A stretch of DNA of 64,000 bases from Callorhinchus milii (Eukaryota), in assembly GCF_018977255.1 (NCBI RefSeq), contig NW_024704756.1, positions 5,704,001 through 5,768,000 on the forward strand, read 5' to 3'. Of this stretch, positions 52,044 through 64,000 are shown one piece after another. Both the position numbers and the translations under genes were made by a program. The notes below the pieces were generated by a model. It was not told the origin of the DNA. It ran no database searches and saw only the letters and a program-made list of their open reading frames with translations. Every line of letters starts with the position of its first letter. Positions within the stretch are counted from its first letter, which is position 1.

Positions 52044-53121
52044 TGAGCACATACACAATATTGACCACTGTACAATACTATACAAAATTACATTTGTATG
52101 GCGCCTTTCACATCAGGAGGACGTCCTAAGGTGCTGGGCCCAAGCAGTTGAAATTCTGCAAGTTGTGAAATGCAAGGTAATTAGTGTAAGCCCAGACCGG
52201 GTGGAATTTCCTAGTGCTTACTGTATTCCAGTGGTTGAAAAATCAACAAACCACTGCTCAAATCTTTGTATTCCAAATCAGAGATGGCCAACTTGTGGCC
52301 TGTATGAATATTATTTGCATGTGTAATACAGCCAATGGGCCACAATTTGTCCATCTAAATCAGGCAGACGTCAGAGATTTCATCTTTGTGAACTACTTGT
52401 GCTCAGTTTTTTTTGTGCACTTGCCAACTCGAGCAACTTTGATGTCACTGTGCATCGCACCTGCAGCTGGTCACTAAATAAATAATACAGTACTTCCATT
52501 TCATATAGTATCTGATCACATCTGAAAGATGCTTCACGTAGCAGGATGCAAGCTTTACGGGTCACACTCCTTCAATGCCTTGACTTCATTTTATATGCAA
52601 TTTATTGGGGGTGAGCAGTGGGGAGGGACAACGACAAATATTTAGGCGATGCAAACATCTCTCTCAAAGCAGAACTGACTTCTGCATGAGTAATTTGCAA
52701 GAACACAAAGTAACTTTTTGTACATTTTTAGTCATTATTCAAGATTGATTTTCAGACTCTCGCCATTCCCAAGACACAGGAATGGAGTGATTTTACAATT
52801 GGTGGAACATTAGCGATTGGTCTATATTTCTCAAACCTTCTCAATTTCCTGATTTCCTAAGCCTCACATAGCTGAGGAAACCAGGCTCCTGCAATATGTG
52901 TATTTGAGCTGCTGTACTAAATCTTTACCTTCCTCGGTAAGGTTGCAATCATGCAAGCAAGGTCACGACACTTCAATGTTCATCTTCTTATCATAACACT
53001 AAGGTAGGGATTCCTCAATGACCTTTGCTTTCCCCCACTCTCTTTTTTCATTTCCATCAATGAGCTGTTGGATGCCATCAGAATTGACATTTCTGATGAT
53101 ACCAGAGTGATTAAACTCTAT

Positions 53122-53327
53122 AACAAAAACAGAAGTTGCTGGGAACACTCAGCGGTCAGGCAGCATCTGTGGTGAAAGGAAAGTGTCAATGTTTCGGGTC
53201 CAAGACCCTTCGTCAGAACTCAATGTGTTCTGACGAAGGGTCGTGGACCCGAAACTTTGACTCACTTTCCTTTCTCCATAGATACTGCCTGACCTGCTGA
53301 GTGTTCCCAGCAACTTCTGTTTTTGTT
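53122..53327. mobile_element. Palindromic Penelope-like terminal-repeat element with hammerhead-like cores
   Basis: ~100-bp inverted arms (53122-53219 / 53227-53327). CTGACGA-A-GGGTC-nnn-GACCC-GAAAC is present on each strand. The right arm extends unpaired to ~53360. Confidence 0.7.
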
Positions 53328-54274
53328 TCAGATTTCCAGCATCTGGGGTATTTTGCATTTTGATTAAACTATGACTGGTAATAGCCAAATCATTGCAGAC
53401 AGATGTGGACAGGGTGGAAATAATGAAAAAAGACAGCATTTGGTCCTCAGCACCGAGAAGGCCAAGTCAACACACAAAAATCTGTTGATAAAACCTGATC
53501 TTTACTTCAAACCAGATGTTCACCCAATTCCTTATTGTTCCACAAGATAACTAACCACTTTTCTCTTCCTCCTCCCAATTTTCTCTCCCCGCTCCTCACC
53601 TGAAGGGGATAACTCATGTAAAGACTTCAAGCTCTCTGTACTTCACCTAAAAGCCAATTCTTTATGTGTGTATCTAGACAGTGAGTGTCTGCAGGCTAGA
53701 CAATTCCTGAAACATCACAGCTGACAAAATTGTCCACAAGTGGGTATTTTCCAGCAGGAGTTAGCTATTACCATAGGGAGCCAGGATGTTAGTCAAAAAG
53801 TAGCTCTCTATCTCTTTTGTTTACATGGAAAAGGAAGTTTGAAAACATAACAGATTCAAAAAATGATTTAAGTATATTTAGATTTTATATATAATAATGA
53901 ACATTAGATATAAAATACACACAGAGCAGGGCATTTCATGTATTGACACTTTCCACAACCACAGTGCTCCCTGCACTTGAAAGGATATTCCATTTTGTGG
54001 TTTGTGAACAACGCATATCAATTATTCCATTAGCTTTAGACCGTTTGACTCCATATGTTATGCAACTTGTTACAGGAAGTATGAGAAAGAGAACATATGA
54101 ATGTAAAATATGGCACAGTGAGCAACACTAACTATACATATGAGTTACTTTTAAAGACGTATCCAATGTACTTTGGTCAGTAGATTCCAAGACACCGTCT
54201 GGCGTGAAGGGCACTATATAAATTCAAGTTGGTGTAGACTCCCAAATCTCAATTTCTTCCTCCTCTTCCACAAG

Positions 54275-54875
54275 GAGTCAGCTTGGCTCATTTGGTAAAT
54301 CTTTCGTCTCTAGGTCAGGTGTGTGTTGAAGTCAGGATTCGAGCTCAAAAGTCTTATTTAAGCCTATTCAAATCTGTAACACTCTCCCTCAGTCCCTCTG
54401 CCTTACCGCCTCTCTCCTCTCTTTCAAGTCAAGCCTGAAAACTTTCCTGTTCGATCGTGCTTTCGGCCACCTCCCTCCTCCCCCCGACTCGGAATCTGGC
54501 TCCGCCACTGTTAAGTGCTCTGAGACGCTACCTAGCTTGGTGGGCGCTATATAAGTGCAAGTTGTTGTTAAGCCTAGACTGATGCTCCATCCAGTACAGG
54601 AGAAGTGTTGCTTTGTCAGAGGTGTAGTCATTTGGAAAGAGATGGTCATTTGGCTCCATCTGCCTGTACAGCCGGATGCAAAAAAATTCACAATGCTTTG
54701 CTTTTAAGAGAAGGGAGTTTCTACCAGTGTCCGAGACTCAACAAACCCCAGATTTAAAAAAAGCATTCGCCTCACAGCTGTTTGCGGGATCTTGCTGTGC
54801 ATAAAATGGCTGCCATGTTTGACACTACACTTGAGAGTAATTACTGTGAAGCAGTGACTTTAATGAGATAAGACA
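54275..54875 (+). mobile_element. Older DeuSINE interrupted by an L2 3' fragment (54381-54569)
   Basis: Head gtcagcttggctcatttggta at ~54277, then an L2 end (SSFKSSLKTFLFDRAF; gcgctatataagtgcaagttgttgtt). The Deu body resumes at ~54590 (gtttgcgggatcttgctgtgcataaaatggctgcc). Confidence 0.7.
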
Positions 54876-56779
54876 CTGGAAAAACAAAAATTCTTCTTTC
54901 TATAAAAGTAAAATAATGAACCATACATATATGCATGGAGATCTTGCATTAACGTAACAGCATGATCGGATTAAAAGACAATAATGTGCATCTGCGGGAA
55001 AGCCTTCGTACTATGGGCAGTCATAACAATAAGAGACATGATAAGCGTAACCAACTGCATCAATTTTCTCTGCATCAAAATTCCCCTTAGCTCTAAGTAT
55101 GTTTCATCCTGTAGTTTTGTAGGAGGGTGATACATCAGGGAGTGATGTGGAGATTTGATAAATATTCACTTGCAAAGCAACATTCTACCAACAAAATATC
55201 AACAAAACTCCCAACTCAAATTGATAAACATTTTAGTGTATATCAAGTACAGAAATAAAAGCGGCAGCTTCTTTTTTTAAAAAAACATACGCACATGTTA
55301 CAACACAATTAATCGAAATGTCTTTTTTTTTCCCCCGTGTGAATGAGAGGAGTGACAAGTGTCCATTGTCCAGCTTAAATAGGACTTTTGAGGTTTTCAA
55401 TATTCTATAAAAAGAAGCCACTGGACACTATAAATCATTGTGAAGCATTTAACCAATCAAAACGCTTCCTTTCAGATCTCCGAAGACCTTGTCATACAAC
55501 TGAGAGCAAAGAAAAGCGTACTTTAAGCTCTCTCACGTTTGAGCACTAAACACCGGCTGGGACGGACTGCTAATACTAATGTGTGGGGAGCAGAAGGATG
55601 GAGCAAGAGGTCTGCTTGAGTTTACAAGCCCAGCTCCCTTTGAATACTGATCAAGCAGCACAGGGCCATTCTGCATTGGTTAAAACTGCCTCGGGTCTTT
55701 ATTTCTTTATGAAAGCTGGTTTATAATATATTTATAGGGATTGAACTAACCACTTCCACCAAGGATTAGAGTGCCGTCATTCTAAGTGTCACTATGTAAC
55801 ATACAGAACCTCTTTGACAACACCCCTTGCACATACATCTCCAGCCTGTCCCTCTAGGAGAAAGGCAAGTTTCATCTCCACGGTACAGATTAGATGTTTC
55901 TTCCTAATGTCATTAGATATGGTTTTTTTTTTAAATGTGTGGGGCCGGTGGGTGGGGCTGGGAGGGTGGAGGGGGAAAGAGCAAAAGGAGAAAATGGGGG
56001 CAAAGATCTAAACAAGTACTACACAGCCAAAAGCAGTGTTTTCATAAGCTGATAGTTATTTGGGAATCAATGACATTATGTTTCTGAACAGCACACACCA
56101 TCCTGAGTGAAATCATCCATAAAACCAACTCTTTACCCATGATGTTACCGGAGTGCATTTCATTTGAACTTTTCATCAAACCTTATATAGAAATGACTTT
56201 AGACATTAGTGTTCAGTGCACAGGATTCACAAAGTGCTGTAGTATAGCTTCTCTGGGAATCACCCTTGGATGCCCATAGCTGAGACACTGTGCACAGCAA
56301 GATCTACAAACCGGCAATATTATTACAAAGCTTTTCAGACATTTATAGCAAGAGTCCTGCTGATTATAATATATGCAGCCACTGCAAATTTGCAGTATAA
56401 TGGGTGTAATGTGCAAGCTTGGCTTTCTAAAAGAACTTTTTTTTAGATTATTTCAAAAAACATACGACTGTCTCCGAACATCTGGTACCGAAGTCTTACA
56501 TATTTGAGATTACCACAAGACAAGTGCACTAAAATAATTTTTTTGGCAGGGCTCAACTTTTTTTTGTTTTAAAAAAAATTACGTATGTCCCAAAATAAGC
56601 ACATTCAAAAATACATTTACATCAACTGCATCAATAATACCCTAGGCTGGGTATTGAAACTGGGCTGTTAAGTGTTTAGGCTCTTAACAATGAGATCGTT
56701 TAGCTATACAAGGAAGCATGGGCAAAGTCTATACCTTGATGGAGTTTAGCTAATGTCATTATCACAATCTTATAATATA

Positions 56780-57020
56780 TAATAATCCTTGCATTTGATA
56801 TAGCACCTTATCACGTCTTCGAGAAGTCTCAAAGCGCTTCAAAGAATATACTGTAAAGCGAATTGACTGTATTTTGTGGGTGAAATTGGCAGCCAATTGC
56901 ACACAGGAGTGTCCCACAAACAGTCATGGATTGATTGACCAAATTATTTATTTTTTTGAAGGGAATATTACGCCTGGAAAGCGATATGCCAATCGACTAA
57001 CAACCAGGTTTACTCCTTAT
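56780..57020 (-). mobile_element. Dominant SINE copy, headless
   Basis: aataatccttgcatttgatatagc...ggcagccaattgcacacaggagtgtcccacaaacagtcatggattg. Confidence 0.88.
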
Positions 57021-58471
57021 AGACCAAGGGTTCGTAGAGTGTTTGTCCAATGGGAGCTGGGTTTAAATGCACTCCAGACTGAGAGATTACATCGCCCACT
57101 CTGTAACCTGCAAGGTACAAAAGTGAATTACATTTGGTTCAGTATTATCCTAGTTCTTCTGAATGGTTGTGAATCCATTACAGGCACTCCCGATAAATCA
57201 CCATTCATAGCCATTAAATTGGCCACATTGGTGAACTACCGATGGCTGGGAATGGGAAATGGACAGGTTATAATGGATTGACTTCAGACACCTTTAAAAA
57301 GGGTGGGGAATTTGACAAGAACAAGTCAGCATTTGGTTAAATTGAAAAATAAAGTTTCATTCTTCAGCATTCCTGTTCTTAATCACCAATTCAATAAATT
57401 AAAGACGTTTCTAGACCGGAAACGCACCTGAGGAAACACCTTTTTTTTTACAAATGAACATAAAATATTATTTAAAATCATTCTGGTTAATGATTTCAGT
57501 TGATCATACTTAGATACCTTACTGCCAAAATTTTATATTTTGCATTAATAAAACATCAATCTGTTGTATGGTATGGTAGAATTAAATTTTAAAATCAATT
57601 TTAAAACAATTAGCGTTGAATTAATGATGGATCAAAATGTTTAGAGCTCCCCTACAGCCCCAAAGTATTGATTTTACTTCGTACAGAAAGCTTCCTAATT
57701 TTTTTATGGTTACGTTATGAGCATCAGCTTCTTCAGAAGCAATGCTGAGACAATGTGTCATATTAACGCTATTAGAAGCAGTTAAAATCTGTCGCTAACA
57801 CCCACAGTCAGTCAGTTTTACCTCAGGACCTTTGTTTCGCTTGTTGAAAATCTGTATTAATTTTATCTTTATGGGATTATTCAACTAACCATGCTGAAAC
57901 TATAAATGTGCAATTTATTTACCACAATTAGTTTGCAACAAAATCATACCTCAGGCAAGAAACTGTCAGTTTTTAAGCTCAAGAACTGCTCCATTTAGAA
58001 GCCAATTTCTGAAATCATGTTCCCTTGAAAGTGGGGAATTTAAAAAAAATAAAGAAATGCATTCTCTCGACTATATTTATATGTATATAAGCAAGATTAA
58101 AAATGAACGTGAAATATTCTACAAATTAACGTGAAAGATTATTCGCACACATACACACGCAAAGGAGCCGCAGCAGATTTCACAAAATGAGATGAATCTT
58201 CACGAAAGCTTAAAATATTTTTCAACTTTCAGCTATAATAAGTGAGCATACGCCTCATCAAATGACAAAGACCTTGGGCTAGATTTTAATTTCCTTCTTC
58301 TCTGCCAATTTTTCTCTTCTCCTGTAGGTGTTTGACTTCTTCTCGCTTGGCACTTGTGCCTAATCCGAATGGCAATGTGTGAGCCTTGACAGCAAGCGTT
58401 GGCAGGATTTGCAAAATTAGCAGGCAGCACAGCCAAACACGATTGTCTCTTCACTCAACATCCACAAACCT

Positions 58472-58716
58472 GCACATCAGGAGGACGTCTCAAATCGTTT
58501 CACTAGATATACTGTAAACTGCAGTGCCTGTGTATTTTGTAGGTGATCGCAGCAGCCGATTTGTGCGTAGCAAAATATCACACAAACAGCCACAAAGTAA
58601 ATTTTATCTGGGGGATCGTTGGCCAGGACATCAGGAGAAATTCCCTTCCTTTTTCTTATTGTGCCATGGGATCTATAACATGCACCTTGTCAAGCAGACA
58701 CGACCTTGGTTTAGCA
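58472..58716 (-). mobile_element. Older DeuSINE fragment
   Basis: gacgtctcaaatcgtttcac...gcagccgatttgtgc...cacaaacagc...gtgccatgggatct. Confidence 0.72.
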
Positions 58717-61700
58717 TAAAATATGAATAAAACATTGCCGAGAAGAATATGGTATGAACAAACTTGAACAATGTGCATCTACGTAGGATCAGTAAAGGCT
58801 GTTAACAGTCAACGCGCTAACATTTTTAAGCATCTTAAATATGATAGTTAGCTATAAAGTTAGTGTATATTACCAGATGCGAACAGATCACCTGCAAAAG
58901 GGGAAAGGGAAGAAAGGGGGAATGACTCACATACTGATAGTTAGTGTATGTGTCACCATTATATATAGCATCGAGGCGAGGCAGCAGGCAAATGCTGGTC
59001 AGCTCGTGGCTTATAACAACAGCATTTGAATCTGAGAATTGGAGCAGGGGAAGGGGAAGAGAAAAAACATGAAAAGGTGAGTGCTTAGGCTCAGAATAAT
59101 CTATTAACAAAGGGAGGATGGACATTTAATGTCAGTAGTTAGAAAACAACAAAATAACTTGAGTGGCAAAACCAAGAGATTAGAGACAAGGAAACAGTTA
59201 GAGAAAAAAAAAGGAAATGCAGAATATAGACAGCAAGTGCAAAACTAATAAAGAAAAGGATTAAATGAAGCAGATAGGAAGATTCAAGAAATATTAAGAT
59301 CAGTAAAACTGTCAAGATAGAAGCAAACTAAATTGAAAAACGGGCAATACTATGAGATGTAATATTAATAAGATAAAACAGGAAAATACTGAAGTGCCGT
59401 GAAAGATAAATGGATTGTAAAATAAGATATTGCAAAGATAGAGAAAATGATTGTCACCATAAACTATAGATTATGATAACTAAATATCTGAGGCAAATAT
59501 TAATCCTGTAAGAATCACTCAATCCAGACTGCGAGCGGATCCAGGCCAAAAAAATACACCACATAGTATTACGTCTATATTATTAACCCACATTTAATTC
59601 AACATGAAAAACATATTTAAAGTGGAAATAAAATGTAGAATGAAAACTTTGTTGTAATAGTTTCCACTAAACAGAGGGTTAACTAATAGTGCTTACAAAG
59701 CAATATTTGGTTCAAATGAATCCTAACTGAACTCTCTGTTCTGCTCCATAAGGTACCTCAAGGAACTGCATGGCTCCATTGAACTCGCTGGGAGGAGAGC
59801 TTTGTTTTATCCCCAGAAGCACGCCAGAGCCATGCAAACCCAAGAAAACTCGACATCAATGAGTGTTCAATAATCAGCTGGGCCTCAACTTCCACAATGA
59901 TGGGTAGTTTTGATCTCTCTTTACATCCCACTCCAGCACACTCCTTCCTAAACCAGGAACATTTATTTTCTCAATTTCCATCGAGCAGAATTTGAACAGA
60001 GAACGACTCTCTTGATGTTTTTGTCCCTCTTCACAAGCAATTGCTTCTTCACCATTTCTCTTATATTATTCAACTACCACCACCTGATTTATACCTTATT
60101 TCACACAAGTAGTGATTCAAAATTTCTATAACCACAAGATTGGTTTTAAGTATTGCACATCCCTTCTATGCAATGTCTCTTGGGTCCCATTTCATTATTT
60201 GCGATTTTTCAGCATTGAGAAATGGTCTCAAATGATCCAAAAACATGCCTTCGCGAGACCGAGCACTCTACAGATTGAACTGGTTGCATCAGAGATGTGT
60301 TTAAACAGATATCTGGTCCATTTTTTTTTAAGTGTCAAATAGATGCTTTCTGCCCTTTTGAGTTCTCACATCCAAGGCACCAGTAGCCTGATCACAGCTT
60401 GGGCAGATAATGCAAAGTTCTTTAGTTAGGCAAAATAATGGCAATAATTAGTCAACTCATTGTGAAAATCCTGAAGAAATTCATTCCACTATTAATAAAA
60501 ACAATTGATCTTTAATTACCAGGCTAATGCCAGTGAAGCGTGAACATGCTATTAAAATTAACAATTTGCATTTAATGGAATAAAGAAACTATTAGATTTC
60601 TATCCTCCTTACTTTGCAACAGTAGAATTAGTTTACACTGGATAGTGGTACTTAAAGTTTAAAAATACTGAAGAGGAGTGAAGATATCTTATTAAAATTG
60701 GACCAATGGAACAGCAAACAAATGCAATATTGTTAGGTAGATGCATCAGATTTATTAACCTCAGATTAAAATTAGCATATTTATTTGTTATTATAATAAA
60801 TTCAGATATTAACCACAAGTGCTCTCAACTTGCCAGCGTAATCATCATGAATTGTAATGGAGTCTGGAGGCTAATTGGAAACTGCTAATTCATTACTGTA
60901 AGTGTTTTGCACCCCCACCCACCCTCCGTTCCTGCCACCCTTACAGGAACACCCATTTGTTCTTAAAAAAATTTACATTACCAATCATCTCAAAGATGAG
61001 GAAACGAATAAGAGGAAACATAATTGAATTTTCTAAACTACTTCCACGTCTGGTCGAGTGAAAGTTCAGAAATACAATTCCAACACAGCAACCTGGTTTA
61101 TTAGGCATCGTATTAAATTGCTTTTTGAAGCAATGCAATTCACAGCAGTTTGGGCCAAACCCATTCGTGTCCCTTGGTGACGAGTGAAAAGCATTCAGAC
61201 CTGTTCTCAGACCTTGTCCTTTGTGTTTCCAGTGCAGTTTTATAAGAGTTCCAATTTAAAAATCTGGGGTGCTAATTCCTCCCTGATCCTTTTATCTATG
61301 GTTCTTTGTTGTAAGAATGCCTTCAAATTGCTGCCCATCAGAAATTTTTTCCAACAAACACCAACATTGTTTATCAGCAACAGGATGCTGAGGTGCTCAA
61401 TCCAGCACAACTCTATTCTAAACACAGGTAAGCAGCTCGAAAAGTTTGCAACGGGTCTCATTATCCCATTACTCACCAGGGGACAGTTATCTAGGTCTGC
61501 GGCTGGACAATTGCATCCCCTAATGGGCTGAAACCTCCTGAAGTGCACATCTCACACAGCAGGTGAATCATTCGCCAAAAATCAGTGAAGTAAATGCAAG
61601 TTCCAAACACTTGTTTGATTGTCTCGGTTGTGATTTCTATTCCTGGAGTACAACTCTGAGGCAGTGTTTTATCTAGAGTTTAACTACATTTCTAAAACCT

Positions 61701-61769
61701 CATTTCTGTTGTTCTAAATCTCAGCCAAGTTTTTCCTTACTTTTTTTGGAATAAAATTCTGGGCCCAAT

Positions 61770-62330
61770 GTTGACAACATCACCATCCAAGGAAGCAGAC
61801 TCCACCTTACTGAGCCAGTCTGGAATCTTGGCATCTTATTTGACCCTCAACTATCCTTTCTACCCCACATCCATGCCATGACCCACTCTACCTTTCCTCA
61901 CTTCCGCAACATTGCCAGCTCCGCCACTGTCTTACATCGTAGGCCGCCGAAACCCTCATGCACGCATTCATAACATCCAGGCTTGACTATGCAAACTCCT
62001 TGCTTGTCGGTCTCCCCAACTCCTCTCTCCATAGGCTGCAGATCATCCAGACTCTGCAGCCCGTGTCCTCTCCCGCACCAGGCTCTGTGACCCTATCACT
62101 CCTATCCTCGCCCGACTCCACTGGATTCCCATCACACAGAAAATACAGTTCAAGATCCTGGTCCTAACCTTGAAAGTTCTCCATGGCCTCGCTCTCCCCT
62201 ATATCTGCGACCTCCTAACCCTCTACCAACCTGACTGCTCCATCCGCTCAGCGGGCTCCAGCCTGCTTCATGTCTCCCACCTCACCCGCTCCACTATTGA
62301 CTGGCGGGCCTTCAGCCACTCTGTCCCCAT
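61770..62330 (+). mobile_element. L2-type LINE ORF2 3' fragment (frameshifted)
   Basis: [42 protein letters not shown] and [21 protein letters not shown] are typical L2 motifs. Confidence 0.9.
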
Positions 62331-62740
62331 CTAGCAGTCCCTCAGAGTGTGAGGCAGCAATAAAGGCAAAGAGGATGCTAGGCTATATTGCCAAATCAGT
62401 TGAGTTCAGAGCACCAGAAGTTGTGCTCAAGTTGTACAGAGCTGTGGTTAGGCCACACCTAATTTGCTGTTCATGAAATACATGTCAAGCGACTGGCAGA
62501 ATGGTGGAAGGCAAACTGGATGGACCTTTGCCTAGCAAATTCTTATGTTCTTATTGCAGACAGGCCCAGACCCTAGAGGCAGTGTAGAGGACGTTCCTCA
62601 ATGTTAAAGGAATGAACGACAATTGGACAAGGCATGGGCTCTTCAGTCTGGAAAAAAAGACATCTCAGGGGACATCTTCCAAAGGTATACGAGTTTCAAA
62701 TGGAATCAAGAAAACAAATCCAAAGCACTTTCAGCTAAGT
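62331..62740 (+). mobile_element. CR1-type LINE ORF2 fragments
   Basis: CEAAIKAKRMLGYIAKSVEFRAPEVVLKLYRAVVRPHL, then a tail-like attcttatgttcttat insert, then a further degenerate GLFSLEKR segment. Confidence 0.8.
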
Positions 62741-63693
62741 GCCCGAATTCTTAAATCTGGAAGGTTTTGTTCCAGAAAAAAAAATTGTTGATAACCAGCT
62801 TCAAAATTAATACCGAAGTTTCCACAATCCTACACACACAATATTATGTCTTAAGACGAAAATCTTACAGGTTAAGACCAGATGCAATTTCATGCCAGGA
62901 ATGAGCTTAATAGAAGAATCTCTCTAAATCCATTCTCTGGGCACAGGACAGGAGAACTAGTCTTGGCCTTATGTTTAAAGTCTTGCCCAGTTTCTCCCAC
63001 CCTTCCCAGCTTCACTCACTAATAATAAACAACTACATTTGCTAATAGACAAATTCTATGCTCCAGGGACCAGTGTTTGTACTCTTACACCCTGGGAATA
63101 CAGAATCCCTGGAGTTAAATAAATCCATCCCATTTAAAGCTTAAAAAAAATATTTTTAAACCCATTTCAAATTGGTTTTGATTTATCAACAGTCAACGCC
63201 TGTGTTCTGTCATTTATACATTACTACCCTGCCTAGCCAGGAAGCCTGCAGAGCATATTAAGAAAAAGACAGTCATCTTTTGCAGGATTATGTCATGTTA
63301 CAGAGACACAGAGGCACAATACTGAGCTCAGTATTTTGCATCCTTGAGGGTAATTAAATGGAGCTGTCCTGGATATATTGTACGTTTGCAGCCAGCAGCT
63401 CTCTGCCAGAAATAATTACTATAATTTTATTTTTGTGCCAGTGCAAATGACTTATTTAAATGTTCTCACATCTTCTTTCCTCTCCTGAAGGCAGTGACTC
63501 ATCTTGGGACACAGCTCCACAGGCTCACCTCCCCCTCCCCAAAGCACCTAACATGTGAGGTTAGACAGAGTGTTGATAAGTTGAATGAAATGGGGACACT
63601 ACCTTCCAGTCAAGCCCGTTAATGGGAAACTGGGATAGGAGACTATTTGGCCAACTGAGTCAACTCCACCACAAATCATTCTATGGGATGTGT

Positions 63694-63770
63694 GGAGTGC
63701 CATAACGTAGTGGTTAGAGCACTTGCCTCGCAAGTGAGAGGACCCGGGTTCGATTCCTGGGCGGGGAAGT
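63694..63770 (+). mobile_element. tRNA(Ala)-derived SINE head (CGC type)
   Basis: tagtggttagagcacttgc-ctcgcaa-gtgagaggacccgggttcgattcctggg; same head as the 31762 copy, no proper acceptor stem. Confidence 0.7.
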
Positions 63771-64000
63771 AATAAGGGGCAGATGGGGGCTTCCGGACAA
63801 TTAAATGGTACAGAGAACACAAGGTAAAACCTGCAAGATCACCTTTGAAGACCAGCCAGCCTGTCTGGCATATCATCAAGGAGAAATCTAATAGTTTTCG
63901 CCCAGAACATGAACAGAATCCAGCAAAATGGATATTAATCTAAATGTCAATCCAGGAAAATAATTTGCAATATTAGAATTATTACAGTCGATATTGTTTA

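Noticed and set aside
1-64000. CRISPR array, operon or other prokaryotic system; pcdh19 cadherin-repeat exons
   Set aside because: No regularly spaced repeats or dense long ORFs. The extracellular and transmembrane exons were not found and must lie upstream of the window.

Overview
Vertebrate genomic DNA, not prokaryotic. The repeat content (tRNA-derived Deu-domain SINEs with L2 tails, plus CR1, L2 and Penelope-type fragments) suggests a cartilaginous fish, possibly a chimaera or elephant shark; this is an inference. The window holds the 3' part of a delta-2 protocadherin gene on the + strand that I recognise as PCDH19. Three coding exons (17317-17375, 21830-22002, 39183-39781) splice in frame and encode the cytoplasmic tail (CM1, CM2, WIRS motif FATFGK, C-terminal DIVL). 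A putative ~4 kb 3' UTR follows, ending near 43765. The rest is intron or intergenic sequence with many retroposon copies. Almost all other ORFs in the supplied track are chance ORFs or repeat fragments. The most notable non-genic signals are: a 206-bp palindrome with a minimal hammerhead-ribozyme core on each strand (53122-53327); two head-to-head retroposon pairs with both 3' tails pointing outward; several MITE-like hairpins; a NAGNAG acceptor in pcdh19; and candidate minus-strand exons near 58.9 kb. I cannot support a clearly new biological system. Repeat boundaries were set by eye and are approximate.
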